In this document: piece by piece, positions 14,350 to 29,040 of the stretch
How positions within the stretch are numbered: the first letter of the stretch is position 1
Layout: every line of letters starts with the position of its first letter
Assembly: GCA_951406725.2 (NCBI GenBank)
Contig: OX597815.1
Coordinates: 11,842,001-11,906,000 of the forward strand
Source: Octopus vulgaris
Lineage: Eukaryota
Length of the DNA: 64,000 bases
Reading direction: 5' to 3'
Program-made: the position numbers and the translations under genes
Notes under the pieces: model-generated
What the model was told of the DNA's origin: nothing
What the model saw: the letters and a program-made list of their open reading frames with translations, nothing else
Database searches by the model: none

Positions 14350-15600
14350 CCACACGATTCACTGTCTATATTACCACAATCATTGAAGTCATCAGAGGCG
14401 ATTTCCAATCAGTTGAAATTATCGATGTAACCGATGGAAGGCTCTTCAATCTGTCCTAATAGATGTCCGAAACGCAACATGCTGCATCATCGTGCTTCAA
14501 TATGCTGATGACAACAGCATTGCGGCAGTGTCCGAAGAAAATTTGCAACAAATCCTCAATACCTACCATCAAGGTTATAGAGAACTAGAACTCACCATCA
14601 ATTAAAAAGAGACACAAGTCATCTTCCAACTATAACCAATCGAGGCAAACAGTGCACAGGTAGCCATTGGAATCGACGGCGCAGCCATAGAAAGCGTGAA
14701 CCGTTTTCTATATCTGGTAAGTCGGCGAGCTGGCAGACACGTTAGCGCGCCGGGTGGAATGCTTAGCGATATTTCGTCTGTCGTTACGTTCTGAGTTCAA
14801 ATTCCGCCGAGGTCGACTTTGCCTTTCATACTTTTGGGGTCGATAAGTAAAAGTACCAGTTACGCACAGGGGTCGATGTAATCGACTTAATCCCTTTGTG
14901 TGTCCTTGTTTGTCCTCTCTATGTTTAGCCCCTTGTGGGCAATAAAGAAATATATATCTGGTAAGTCGTCTTTATTCCAATGCTGGCATCGATGGTGAGA
15001 TCCAGCATCGTCTCGAAAGTGTCGGTACTGCTTTGGCCATCTCCGAACAAGAGCTTTCCAAGATATAGAATTTCGAACACAAAGATGATGGTATACAAGG
15101 CAGCGACAATCGCCACGCTTCTATACACACCCATTACCGGTACAACGTAAAAAAGACAAATAAAAGTTTTCAGAAACGTACCACCGACGGAGCCTTCAAA
15201 TTATTCTCGACATCAACTTGGAAGGAAGAAGGACATCAGAGATTTAGAAGTAGACAACATGACCCCCATTGAATCTATGGTCATATAAAAAAAAACCCAG
15301 CTGAGATGGGCTTCGCAAGTTGTCCAGATGAAAAATAACTGCCTACCTAAGCAGTTTCGCTTATTAAATGAAAGAATTCTTGGAAGTGGAGAGTAAAAGA
15401 AAAGATTCAAAGATACCGTGAAAGCCAACTTCAAGAAATATGATATTGATAGTGAAAGCAAGGAGAGAAATGCTCATCATAGAGATCGCTGATGATCTAT
15501 CTCCAAAGAGGGAATAGCAATGTTTGAGACCAGTCGGAATGTCGAGTAATAAAAAAAAAAGGATTCGCAGAAAAGATAGACCAACAATGAGTATATGGAA
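14350..15600 (+). mobile_element. RTE-clade LINE fragment (RT C-terminal half), decayed and interrupted by a SINE
   Basis: LQYADD, ESVNRFLYL, NTKMMVYKAATIATLLY, RWASQVVQM...LPKQ and KKRFKDTVKAN, with frameshifts. Confidence 0.88.
14722..14952 (+). mobile_element. SINE family B with 16-bp target-site duplication
   Basis: TATATCTGGTAAGTCG occurs at 14709-14724 and 14953-14968. Confidence 0.93.
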
Positions 15601-15701
15601 CGAGCATCCGAACAAGAATTTCATTCATCAACCAAGAAATTTGAAAAAATTCATCACACTCGAATTCACGGGATTGTTATAAGTGCAATTATATCATATT
15701 T

Positions 15702-16006
15702 GTGGAGGCGCAATGGCCTAGTGGTTAGGGCAGCGGACTCGCGGTCGCAGGATCGCGGTTTCGATTCCCAGACCGGGCGTTGTGAGTGTTTATTAAGCGA
15801 AAACACCTAAAAGCTCCACGAGTGTCCGGCAAGGAGTGTTGATCACTGCTGTACTCTTTCAGCACTCTTTCTCCCACTCTTTCTTCTGTTGGCCTGCTCG
15901 TTTAACCAACGGGGTGGCGTCATTCGAAGGCTAAAACGATGTGTACGCATTGTGACCAGCGATGTGTAACGACATCTGATGGTCTGGCCGGTCACGTGAT
16001 CACGTG
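15702..16006 (+). mobile_element. tRNA-derived SINE family C with 11-bp TSD
   Basis: A-box TGGCCTAGTGG and B-box GGTTTCGATTCCC. ATATCATATTT occurs at 15691-15701 and 16007-16017. Confidence 0.9.
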
Positions 16007-16336
16007 ATATCATATTTAGCAACAGCCACGTTCCTTATTTTGGATTTACCATTTCTTCTACATATACAGATATCACTTATTAATTAAAAATAATTTCGAA
16101 GGAATCGATAAAAAAAAAAATTTAGAGATTTGCAGATTTCTCTACTTGTTAGAAATAACAGCAAAATTAAAATCGGTTTACAAAACTGCTTTTAAAAAAG
16201 AATACTCTGCGGTTAAATGATAACTCTAAAACATTATTACTGAGTAAAAAAAGGAAAGGGCTAAGTACGTCTGGTTGTTTCTCATAATACATTTGCTCGG
16301 TTACACCCTTAATAGGGGTAACGATACCAACATCAA

Positions 16337-16407
<71 letters not shown>

Positions 16408-16409
<2 letters not shown>

Positions 16410-16817
16410 TAGGAGTGGCTGTGTGGTAAGTAGCTTGCTTACGAACCACATGGTTCCGGGTTCAGTCCCACTGCGTGGAACCTTGGGCAAGTGTCTTCTA
16501 CTATAGCCTCGGGCCGACCAAAGCCTTGTGAGTGGATTTGGTAGATGGAAACTGAAAGAAGCCCGTTGTATATATGTATATATATATATATATGTATGTG
16601 TATATGTTTGTGAGTCTGTGTTTGTCCCCCACTGCCAGCACTTGACAACTGATGCTGGTGTGTAACTTAGTGGTTTGGCAGAAGAGATCGATAGAATAAG
16701 TACTAGGCTTACAAAGAATAAGTCCTGGGGTCGATTGGCTCGACTAAAAAGCTGGTGCTCCAGAATGGCCACAGTCAAATGACTGAAAGAAGTAAAAGAG
16801 TAAAAGAGTAAAAGAGT
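16408..16817 (+). mobile_element. tRNA-derived SINE family A
   Basis: TGGCTGTGTGGTAAG A-box, GGTTCAGTCCC B-box, internal TA/TG tract and (GTAAAAGA)n tail; multiple copies in the window. Confidence 0.92.
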
Positions 16818-17120
16818 ATATATATATACCCAACATTATAGATAATACCAAATGTACATTTTCATAATGTGATGTGAGTCTTTGGTATAACAATTGCATG
16901 CGGCTGAAGAGAGCTTTAACCATCTGTAATGTCGATTATACATTGATGTAAGAATATGTATAATGCTTGAAACACGTGTACCGCGACATCCTTTGTTTCT
17001 CTTTTCTTATTCCATTTGATACATATACCCTCTCACCTCTGCTACTATCTAGCATATACAGGTGCTTACACTTATCAAGTACTCACCCTGAATTTATATA
17101 TATATATATATATATACATA

Positions 17121-17548
17121 GGCGTAGGAGTGGGTGTGTGGTAAGTTGCTTGCTTACGAACTACATGAACCCGGTTTCAGTCCCACTGCGTGGCACTTTG
17201 GGTAAGTGTCCGCTTCTATAGCTTCGGGCCGACCAAATCCTTGTGAGTGCATTTGGTAGGCGGAAACTGAAAGAAACCCGTCGTATATATATATATATGT
17301 GTGTGTGTGTGTGCATGTGTGTATATGTTTGTGTGTCTGTGTCTGCCCCCACCCCCACCCCAACATCGCTTGACAAACGATGCTGGTGTGTTTACGTCCC
17401 TGTATCTTAGCGGTTCGGCAAAGGCGACCGATGGAATAAGTACTAGTCCTACAAAGAATATGTCTTGGGGTCGATTTGCTCGACTAAAAAAGGTGATGCT
17501 CCATTATGGCCACAGGCAAATGACTGAAACAAGTAAAAGAGTAAAGAG
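17121..17548 (+). mobile_element. SINE family A
   Basis: Collinear with 16408-16817. Confidence 0.92.
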
Positions 17549-17569
17549 ACAGAGAATACACACACACAT

Positions 17570-17640
<71 letters not shown>

Positions 17641-17799
17641 TACATGCACACATACAGTTAGTGTACTCTTTCTTGATGATAAGATAAAAAATGTACTCCA
17701 TCTGGTGAGTGATAAATATTTTTGATAAACAAAATATATATTTTTTTTTGTGCTTATTTAAGTTTCATGGGATAAAAGCATTTCAGGCACTATTTTTTA

Positions 17800-18980
17800 A
17801 CAATCATGGTGCCTTAGTGCAATCTTCAGGCAATGCCCACATGGCATAACAATCTACAAATACGACGAGAGGATGAGATAAAAAATGAGAAAATGTGAGA
17901 TAGAAGTAGATATAAAAGATGCAACTTTGAAAATGCGGTAAACGAACAATAAAACAGGAAGAAGCAAAATGGAGTCCGGGGATTAGAGCTATGTCCTCTT
18001 TGACCGTAAAATATAAGTCTGAAACGATAATGGCTGAGAGTCTGCGGTAGAGGTGCTCAATCCGCAAAAAGGTGTTTGCTTTCTAAATGTTATCATATCG
18101 CCTTTGCCATATCAAAATTATTGCTCCCAATATCATACAGTATATACAGAAATATCTGAGAGGTTACAACACTTTCAAAGTTGCTGTATATAGATACCAG
18201 TATGAACGGAGAAGTGAATTTGCTTTTATCAACAGAAAAATTACGTAATATAGAATTCAGTACAAAGGGAGATCTTGCAACATTTACCGTTATGTTCTGC
18301 ATCTATGGTTCAAAGGCCAGAAGAAAGTAACTGACTTATACATGTGACCGTGAGAGTATTCATGCACACCACACGCACATATATATATAAAATATATACA
18401 ATATATATATATATATACCTATACATGTGTATTATACATAGAACATGAACACGCACTTACAAAAGGGGAAAGTGATGTTACACTTGAGACATTATCAAAG
18501 ATAAGAACAAGACATTTTGCATACATCTATAACAAATAAAATTGAAGGGAAGATTTTGCGAAGTAATTACTGGTTTCCATTTTACAATATAACACTCAGT
18601 TTGCTGAGAGCCAGAAACTTGAAGCTAGTGATCCCAACATGGTAAAGATCTTGCATTATATAGTAGATGCTACAACTGAAATGGAATTAATATGAACTTT
18701 AGAAAATTGCATTCGATGATGGAGCGTCAATGCACATAAGACAAGGCGATTGGCTAACAGATCTTGCTTCTTCATAACAGGGTACAAAACATGTACTATA
18801 ATTTATGTGTCAAGACCTCTGAAGTGAAAGATATTAATCAAAGTTACTAAGAATTACAGAATACTAAACAGCTTTAGATAATGTCGCAGCTGATATATGT
18901 GATAGCATTTTCAGCATGGAGGCTCTGAGGGCGATGGCAACATATAATAGAGTAAAATTCAACAATATATTTACTATGAG
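17800..18980 (+). pseudogene. Possible highly decayed hAT-type transposase
   Basis: Only weak motifs, e.g. FDDGASM near 18712 and YHIAFAISK near 18088. Confidence 0.25.
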
Positions 18981-19105
18981 AAGAGCTGGGAATTTGAAGT
19001 TGCACGTATATTCAATCGAGCAATCACTACGCATTCACAATAAGTACAAACACACGGAGAAACAGTCGCACACATACTCATGCATACTACATACATACAT
19101 ACATG

Positions 19106-19169
<64 letters not shown>

Positions 19170-19558
19170 AACACACACACACACACACTTATATTGCATC
19201 GCATAGCACACAACATGATATTCTCAGTTCGAGGCTGACTTATGCGAAGGCTGATATTGACTTCGAGGTCGATAGAAATGTCACCAGCGGAGTACTGTGT
19301 CGGCGTAATCCACTTGACCCCTCACTTCATAATTGCCTACCTTGTTCTATATCTAAAAAGAATTATCATTGTCAATTAATAAATTTAGCAGCAGCAGCAG
19401 CATTTCTAGTGTCCATCCAGTTTGGTGAAGTGATGGAGATGATATGGATGATACCGAAATTAGCACCATACAGATTAAAAATCACATTAACAAGATATCA
19501 TTTGTAACAGAAACTAGAAATATACTCTCTCTCTCTCTCAATATATATATATGTATAT

Positions 19559-19631
<73 letters not shown>

Positions 19632-19690
19632 AATATATATATATATATATATGTAGCTATAATATGTGACAATTATTCGGTAGCTATGAT

Positions 19691-19750
19691 GGTACTCCGA
19701 GTTTCGGATGTGCGGGGCGGAAACCCACACCGCCATCTCTTCAGTGATCC
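19691..19750 (-). ncRNA. Hammerhead-like motif with extended stem II
   Basis: Minus strand: CTGAAGA-GATG..GTGTGGG/CCCGCAC..ATCC-GAAA-CTCGGAG-TA (GUA triplet). Stem I is not evident. Confidence 0.55.
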
Positions 19751-20282
19751 GGCCGACGTAAAAACGCTGTGAAAAATGAACGTTAAAAAATTGAAATTAC
19801 TGTGCGATTGACCGTTATTAAGACAAAAGCGCTATTAGAACAACCACTAAGTGAGTGGAGGAAGTAATGGTAAGGGAGTAAATGGTCATAGTATTTGCGT
19901 AAGCGCGCATTTCCATACCTATACATGCGCGCCCGCACACCAACGTACATACCCATCCGCCCTCACCAACACATTCACCAAAATCGTATATACATACCCG
20001 CATACAGGCTCGCACACACACACACGCACAAAAAAAAGGTGCATGCGCATGTCTATATACGCACATCCACAAAAAAAATCAGGGCTAAAGGCAAAATACA
20101 GAAAAATGTGTAAAGAAGTATAAAAAAGTACATCACTGGTACTTAATTTGTTGACCCCGAAAGAGTGAAAGACAATGTCGACGCTGCGGATTTTTACTCA
20201 TAACGTAAAACCGGATAAAATACAGCGAAATATCATCATCATTATCATCATCAGCAGCAGCATCACGCCGGAGGGCAGAGGG

Positions 20283-20745
20283 TAGTAGAAGGAAGTGCCT
20301 TGAAGTGGAAGAGACCTTCCGCCTTGTAGAGGTCTGCGCTCCACACCACCATGGCTCAACCTTTGTCAGCCAGTCTTATGATGATGTCTGTGCGGTGTCG
20401 GAGACATCGAATCGCCAAGAGTTCGGCTGAGGAGATGTTCAGATGTCGAAGACGCTTGGAAAAGTCAAACTGTTCGACAGTATGCTCACAGACGCCTGCA
20501 AAAAGATCGACTGCTTAGAAGTCGCCAGGAGCTGGCGTACATTGTAATGGCCGGCGGCCCAGATCGGTGAAGCAGTCCTCCTCATTAAATGCAGGTGGAG
20601 CGTTGCGGAAAACCGCACACAACCTAACGCAGCGCACAAAGCTGTGGATATCGGCACGAGTCCGAAATTTGTTGCTGGATGGAGTGAGGGGGGTGAAGCG
20701 CAGAGTCCTACTGAGGGAAAGCGCTCCGCCTCAGAGAGGGAGGTA
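20283..20745 (-). mobile_element. Penelope-like element ORF fragment (region N-terminal to the RT)
   Basis: Minus-strand translation NISSAELLAIRCLRHRTDIIIRLADKG*AMVVWSADLYKAE matches the PLE NL...I.IKPADKG..VVVW motif. Confidence 0.8.
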
Positions 20746-21030
20746 CAGGATGTTACAAACGGTGCAAATAATATGAAGTATGTAAGCAAACGAGGAAAAA
20801 ATGAGTGAAATACGTAAGCAACGTGAAATAAAATGGAAAAGAGGACAAGTTAACACAGAGAAAGGACCCATCATCAGTTGGTGGCTGTCTATCTAAGACA
20901 TGAATGCTCGAAATAAACAGTAGATAGACTAATGAAGGGTCCTTTCTCTGTGTTAACTTGTCCTCTTCTCCATTTGTTCTCGTTGTCTATGTATATCACA
21001 TTATTTGCACCGTTGATGACATCCTGTAAC
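20743..21030. repeat. Inverted repeat abutting the PLE fragment (pLTR-like)
   Basis: ACAGGATG..CGGTGCAAATAAT...GAGGACAAGTTAACACAGAGAAAGGACCC (20743-20878) is mirrored at 20928-21029. The arms carry CTGATGA/CTAATGA. Confidence 0.85.
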
Positions 21031-21073
21031 CATATATGCATGCGTGTGTATATATATATATGTATATATATAT

Positions 21074-21147
<74 letters not shown>

Positions 21148-21344
21148 CAAATGAAAGATGGAAGATGGAATATACGATAATTTATCATTAATCGCAACAA
21201 TTGTTTCGACACATCTAGCATCGACTCCTCTTGGTTGGGACAACTGGTTCAGGAGCATCCGGTGATGCAGGTAGATCACGGTGGATGATAAATAAGTACA
21301 ACTCGTTAAAATGAAAGTTCCGCAATGTAACTTATCCGAAACTC

Positions 21345-21387
<43 letters not shown>

Positions 21388-23035
21388 ACACGCACACACA
21401 CACACACATATATATATATGTGTAAACTAACACAAATATAGAGATAGGGAAAGAGAGAGAGAGTGAAAGAAAGAGTATCACAGGCTGAATAGGGCATTTA
21501 TGTAGCATACAGGTGGTAGAATTATAAATACTTAATGAAGAACTGAATATCTTGATATCTGCAAAGAAATGAATATCTTTGCAAAACGTTGCCTCTACAA
21601 ACTGACGCCGTCCTTCAGTTTGTTTTTTCCGAGAAGCGGAAATATTAATATAGGTCTGTTTCGTATTAAGTCTTTTGAATAAATCTTTCGTTTTTAATCG
21701 GCAGCCACAGCCACATTCCGATGGCAATTTAATGTTGAAGTCGGATAAGATTAGTCTCCCTTATTTGATTCCTAGTTTGCATTTCGTTACGCAAAATACA
21801 GCACTGATATTCATAAATAACAGTTGATGTATTGTGGATAGAAATTGCTTTGGAAGCGATCATTGTTAGCAATCTGGGGACCTCTCTTTTTTCACTTCAC
21901 GGGGGACTAATTTTTCCCCAAATTGTAGTAGCAATTGGTAGGTGATTCACGTTTCTGGTATACTAGACATATTTAATTTTCCATTTCATAACACATTTTA
22001 ATCAACTTTAACAGTGATCTATTAGATCATTAGTAAAGTACCAGTAATATATTGTAGAAAATTCGTGCCAATTTCGCCATGCTTCATTTTTTCTACGAAA
22101 TACAAATCGTACGTATGATTACGACATCCCATTTTTATACGTTTTCGAGTGGATTTGTCTGCTAGCTTTAGTGTACCCATAGTGTGACCATAGACTCACC
22201 CTTGTTAACTAAACTTTCCTACCTAAGGTTGCCTTTGATCATATGTCTACCCGATCAAAGATGATTTGTTAAATAATAACATGAGCGTAACCTTCCAAAG
22301 TTTTGGCATAGAGTAAATGTTTGTTGACTAAATAATGACCAAATTTATATTAGATCATCTACTATCAATGACATTGTTTAATACATGGCATTCTGAAACA
22401 CTGAATTCAGATATCGTAACGGTAATGCTGTTATTATCTGCCTAAATATCTCTGAAATCCAAAATTTTATTTATCGCAACCTCTCTTTATTGAGGTTGTT
22501 TCATGAACGCCAGTTTTGAGTGAGATATATTAGTGCCAACACTTCCGTTTGTTGCATTTGCATTCATGTGGATTAATTTGTATATATATGCAACTTTAAG
22601 GGTAATGACACCAACACACACACAAATACTCACACGCAACTGTACAGTTGTAATGAGGTTCAGTGTAATAACTGAGTAATATTCAGCTGAATTTCTGGTA
22701 TAATGACCAATTAATAAAATGCTATAGGTTATTCATTGCTAAGAAATATAAATACAATCGAACAGATTTTATTGTGTTTGGCACTACTTAACAACGATGG
22801 TTGACAGAATCGTTCTCGCATCGGACAAAGCTATATCACCGCCTGTGCACGTTTTGATTCCAGATTCCAGTATTGCCAATTTTGCTATTCATCCACCCGC
22901 TGTCGATAAAATTAAATACCAGTCAACTTATTAAGTCATTTATTCGACTAACCCTTCATACATTTATGGCATAGCGCATGCGTTAGAAACATTACTCGGG
23001 CCGCGCACCATGAGAGATAACTTGTTTATATATAT

Positions 23036-23428
23036 CTCTTTTACTCATTTACTCGTTTCAGTCATTTGACTGCGGCCATACTGGAGCACCGCCTTTAGTC
23101 GAGCAAATCGACCCCGGGACTTATTCTTTGTAAGCGCAGTATTTATTCTATCGGTCTCTTTTGCCGAACCGCTAAGTGACGGGGACGTAAACACACCAGC
23201 ATTGTTGTCAAGCAATGCTAGGGGGACAAACACAGACACACAAACAAATACACACACATATATACGACGGGCTTCCTTCAGTTTCCGTCTACCAAATCCA
23301 CTCACAAGGCATTGGTCGGCCCGGGGCTATAGCAGAAGACACTTGCCCCAGATGCCACGCAGTGGGACTGAACCCGGAACCATGTGGTTGGTTAGCAAGC
23401 TACTTACCACACAGCCACTCCTGTGCCT
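23036..23428 (-). mobile_element. SINE family A
   Basis: Full-length reverse complement of family A. Confidence 0.93.
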
Positions 23429-23729
23429 ATGTAGACAATTTTCAATTATACCAGCGTTGTAGTTAAAACATAAACATTGTGTATTTTTCTTAGGGAATGC
23501 ATAAGAAATATTAGCTGAATAGATGACTGTGCTATTTCGACGGCCAATGAAAACGATATAGTAACTGGTTATGGTTTGTGTAGTTTACTGTTTGGTTGTT
23601 CTGAGTTAAACACACGCGGTTCAACATTTTCCTAGCATTCCAATATAACATTTATTCATATTAATAAATGGAAATAGACAATATTCATAATCAATACGCA
23701 CGGAGATATGTCATGATGTTTCAATGCGA

Positions 23730-24118
<389 letters not shown>

Positions 24119-25364
24119 AATGGTGGAACGTGATATTTATAAATCTGATGCATTAATGCTTTGAGCTTCAATTTTACTGAAGCCGGCATTGTCACTTACT
24201 TTTCCGTTTCAGATAAGATAATACACTGGAAAATAATAGATGGAAATATATTGGGAGCTGAGGTGATATTTTTGTATTAAAGCCAGGCAACACGTTGGAG
24301 TAAAAAGATGTAGAGGAAAAAAGTGTAAGTTCGCCGGTCATGCTGCCATCAGACTTCGCGACCTTTCTGTAATGAGGTCCCAGACTTCGCATTTCATGTT
24401 GCCTAGGTTCAGCATTACCAGCTGGAATTTGACGTTCGATTAAGCTGCCTTCATTCTTACTTTAAAATGTTAGGTTTTTATGTCAATATGACAAATCAAT
24501 ATATTTAGGAAACAAAACCGTATTTTAGAGAATACAGAACATTGTTCGCCAATAATAATAGATGATCGTTACGATATAACGACGTTTTCGATGATGCCAA
24601 AGAAAACTGTTTTATAAAGAAAACAATATAAGGAAAAAAATGATAGATTGCTGATGTGTAATAATACCGACATTAAATATAAATATACACCAATAACAGT
24701 TAAAATTATTTTTTAAATATCAATGAATCGAATTACAGAGAATCTTGCAACAAATATATGAAAATGGTAACCAATAGAATTAGAAATGAAATTAAACTTA
24801 AATACAAGGATGCAGAATTAAAGTGTACCAAGGTTTCGTTCGCATATTTTCGAAGAGAAATATACTTAAAACTTAGAATCGATAAAGTCAGGAGTAATAA
24901 AACATAGAAACGATGAAATAAGTGAAAAATAATAAAAACGATAGATAAAATTTAAAGAATCACGATAAATGCTATAAGCGTTTCCAGAACTTCTTAATCA
25001 ACACATTAAGTACCTCAAATAAACAATAGTGTTAGAAAATGCAGCTTCTTAGTTGTAAACACCACGCGCATAGGAAAAAAAGCTTGCCGACTACATTCAA
25101 TGCAGAATAATTCTATTGATTGTTATATTTCGTCCCTATGAACAAAAGGAATTAAAAGAAGAAAGGAATCAAAACCAAAACGAAATATGTTTGGTTAAAT
25201 ACACATTCATTTATTTCTAATAATGGAAATGTTTCTTTCTTATCGATTTAATTAATAGCTATGATTTTGTATCTTGTAAAATATACGATGTTTGGTATAA
25301 TTCAGTTATCACATTTTTATTGAATTATGGTTTCAGATATGTTTAATATATATGTATATATATA

Positions 25365-25413
<49 letters not shown>

Positions 25414-25897
25414 TTGTATGCATGTATACATGCATGTATATGTGTTTGGGTGTATTTGTGTATGTGTGTATCTGTGCAAATTGGTTCAATATAATCTAGG
25501 CTTATCGAAACGAAGGGCGCCAGAAATTGCTAGGTACAATAACCTAGAGATAAACAACAGTAAAAAGTAAAGACGTTTCCAATGCTGCTGCCCCCTTAAT
25601 ACAACGAGGTTTTGGCGTCCTGTGGATATAATGATTACATCCACTTATAAGTCAATTCCTGACTCCCACAAAACAAGACACCCCACGAAATTTGTATAGT
25701 TTACGCTGCCTTCTCTTTCAATGACAGGACCTGTCTTGGAGGATTTTGTAAACGATTAGTGGACAAATACTTCATATAATCACATCGTCTTTTATTGATG
25801 TGCACAGGCAAGATATCCATGCAGTGTTAGCAAGGAGTGCCAAATGGGTGACTGATGAAACATTGAAACAATGGTCCATGTTGCTAAGATGGTGTCC

Positions 25898-26650
25898 GGC
25901 AACAACGGCAGCAGCATCGTGGGAGGCAAGAAGAGCATCGACACTAAAAGCGCATGCGCCGGTAAAAGCAATTATAAATACAGCAGCGGTGGTGGCAGCT
26001 GCACCAACAGCAGTGGCAGGTCAGGCAGTAGCAGCAACAACGAGAGCAATAGCGATAGATGCAGCAGCAAAAACATCAACAAAAATGACACCGACAGTAT
26101 CAGTAGCATCGGCAACTACAGCAGCAACATAGCACCCAGCACTACGAGCAACAATGGCAGCGATAGCAGCAACAACAGCGGAGGCGCAATGGCCCAATGG
26201 TTAGGACAACGGACTCGTGGTCTGAGGATCGCGGTTTAGATTCCCAGACCGGGCGATGTGCGTGTTTATTGAGCGAAAACACCGCAAGCTCCGCAAAGCT
26301 CCGACAGGTGGTGCAGGCGACCCCTGTTGTACTCTTACGCCACAACTTTCTCTCACTCTTTCTTCCTGTTTGTTGTCCCCGACTCCTTACGCAACCGTAA
26401 TGCCTTGATGCGCATTCATCCATCCGTTGATGCTCTCGGTGTCAGGGCTTTACCTGCTTTCTCTTCTGCGGGTCTTACGAATAGCAAAGGACCACGTTTC
26501 GGACTTCTCCCATCTTGCGAGCTCTGGGACAGCAACAGCAACAGCAGCAGCAGCAACAACAAAAAGAGAAACCTCACCGAAAACTCACCCAGTTGAAACA
26601 ACCGCAATGCCAGCGACAGCAACAACAACAAATGCAACACCACCAGCACA
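25898..26650. repeat. Degenerate (CAG/CAA)n low-complexity tract split by a SINE
   Basis: CAG/CAA-rich sequence lies on both sides of 26179-26529. Confidence 0.7.
26179..26529 (+). mobile_element. SINE with family C head and an alternative 3' tail
   Basis: Head and body match 15702-15890; the sequences diverge after CTCTTTCTTC. Confidence 0.85.
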
Positions 26651-27388
26651 AGGACAAAGACACGGAAATTTGTTGGATCTATACAGAGTATAATCACGGT
26701 TTATCTTAGGATATAACAGAGGCAAAGTGTCGCCTCCCAGACCAACTACGTATGCCGTTTAAAATAGAACGATAAACCATTAATTACTAAATGGCGGCTA
26801 CTTGAACTTACGGGAGCAAAGAATGTAATCATTGCTTGGCCCAAAGGACAAGAACCTTGAACCACTCACTATACCATTTCAAATCAAAAGAGGTTTAGTC
26901 GGTGCCCTAGTTAGAAGATATTCATGTTGAAAACCTGGAATTGCTCGCTCCTCGACAAGGGAAAATCGTCCATACACTAATGCCATTTAGGCGCAACTGG
27001 AACTAATGTACGGGAGATAGCTGCATCTCGTCCTGATTTATTGCCAGTAGCATTTATTTCCGAGACGTTTGTTAACAACATTAACAGAGCATTATAGGTT
27101 TCTTGCTCTAGATGCAGAAAGGCTTTGTTCTTCCGGCCAACAAATCTGACGCCTTTATATCTAAAAACCTTTTGGATGCGAAACAATTGGTCATAACATG
27201 ATGCCTCACATCAAGCCATTTTCTAAATATATACACATATGTGTGTGTTGTGCTTTTGTGTGTGTGTTTTTATGTGTATATGTGTAGTCAATTTATATAA
27301 ATGAACAATTAAAAATTAAAAAAATCAAAAGTGAACATGAGAACGTGTACAAAAAAGGTATTCTCTCCATGTTCGGTGAAAGGAGTGT

Positions 27389-27424
27389 GTTTGAAGTTTC
27401 GGGCACAGCTCTTCGTCGGAAAAG
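27389..27424 (-). ncRNA. Degenerate hammerhead-like motif
   Basis: Minus strand: TTTT-CCGACGA-AGAGC-TGT-GCCC-GAAAC-TTC-AAA. Confidence 0.4.
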
Positions 27425-27455
27425 AAGACGGGAAAAATTCAAAAATGGAGAAGAT

Positions 27456-27530
<75 letters not shown>

Positions 27531-27736
27531 TGTATATATAAATAAATATATATATATATATATGTCATTGATTTTCAATAATAATGAAGCTGTATTCCTT
27601 AATTTTCTGCTTTTTGTATACATATAGCGAGAAGGAATCTTGCGGAACAGACATTATTTTAACGAGATACATCTTGTAATCAACTGAGGAAGTGCATCTA
27701 CACCGACGGGTACACCTAAACGAGATGTTCAGTAGC

Positions 27737-27783
27737 TCATCTGTGATGGATCGGTGCGAGACGGGTCGAAACAATTGTAATGA
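27737..27783 (+). ncRNA. Degenerate minimal hammerhead-like motif
   Basis: TCAT/ATGA stem I; CTGTGATG core (one base short of CTGATGATG); GATCGGT/ACGGGTC stem II; GAA-ACAATTGT-A (palindrome, GUA). Confidence 0.6.
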
Positions 27784-27908
27784 CCGATGAACCTTATCGT
27801 AACTTGCATCTTCTGTCTTTCATTTATCAGATACCCCAAAACCACAAAGAAAGGGAACGTATATATGTACACACACACACACACACACATACACACACAC
27901 ACACACAT

Positions 27909-27981
<73 letters not shown>

Positions 27982-28357
27982 TGTATATATATTGCCTAGC
28001 CATTTAGGGAATTTGAAATCTAAATTTTAGCAAATGCAATGATGTGTCTAAGTACATTTTGAAGAATTGGAATATTCTGCATTTACGTGATTAAATTCTT
28101 CATAACTTTACGGCATTATAACCTAAAATACAAGGCTGACAACTCTTTTGCCATTTTCACTTTTTACTATTTCGTTTTCCGTTTTTCATTTTTAAACCTT
28201 CCACGTTTTCCATATGCTTCTTTCTCAACTTGATTCGATATTTTTCTTATTAAATTATTAGTTCGTTATGGTATGTGGTTTGTGCCTCATGAATATTTAT
28301 GCGGTATCTCTCAACATATGAAACTACTAGTAGCACATAAAAACATGTATAGAGTGC

Positions 28358-28425
<68 letters not shown>

Positions 28426-28660
28426 CATATAGATATAAATATAAATATATACATAAGCACATACACGCATACAAGCACATACGCGTGACCACTTATATAT
28501 TGACAGATACATCCTTACGAGCGCGTGCCTGTGTGTACACACACATATTCATCGACATTCATATAAAATATAATATAAAGTTATATATAAAGAAAGCGTA
28601 GGCGTGTAACAGAGTTTAGGGAGGTCATTCAGTGGAATATAAAATATTTTAATAATCATA

Positions 28661-29040
28661 GGCATAGAAGTGGCTGTGGTAAGTAGCTTGCTAACCAACC
28701 ACATGGTTCCAGGTTCAGTCCCACCTCGTGGCATCTTGGGCAAGTGTCTTCTATTATAGCTCCGGGCCGACCAATGCCTTGTGAGTGGATTAGGTAGACG
28801 GAAACTGAAAGAAGCCTGTCGTATATATGTATATATATATGTATGTGTGTGTGTTTGTGAGTCTGTGTTTGTTCCCCTAGCATTGCTTGACAACCGATGC
28901 TGGTGTGTTTAGGTCCCCGACACTTAGCGGTTCGGCAAAAAGAAACCGATAGAACAAGTACTGGGCTTACAAAAAGACTAAAGGCGGTGCTCCAGCATGG
29001 CCGCAGTCAAATGACTGAAACAAATAAAAGAGTAAAAGAG
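28661..29040 (+). mobile_element. SINE family A with short internal deletion
   Basis: Collinear with the other copies but lacks the GAATAAGTCCCGGGGTCGATTTGCTC segment. Confidence 0.92.

Noticed and set aside
21190-22200. Additional decayed PLE (minus strand) with GTCGAAACAATTGT motif
   Set aside because: Only vague WKI/EKL similarity and no recoverable HHR core; too weak to call.
25800-26709. Poly-Q/Ser/Ala ORFs as a possible host exon
   Set aside because: A degenerate CAG/CAA tract interrupted by a SINE, with no recognisable domain.
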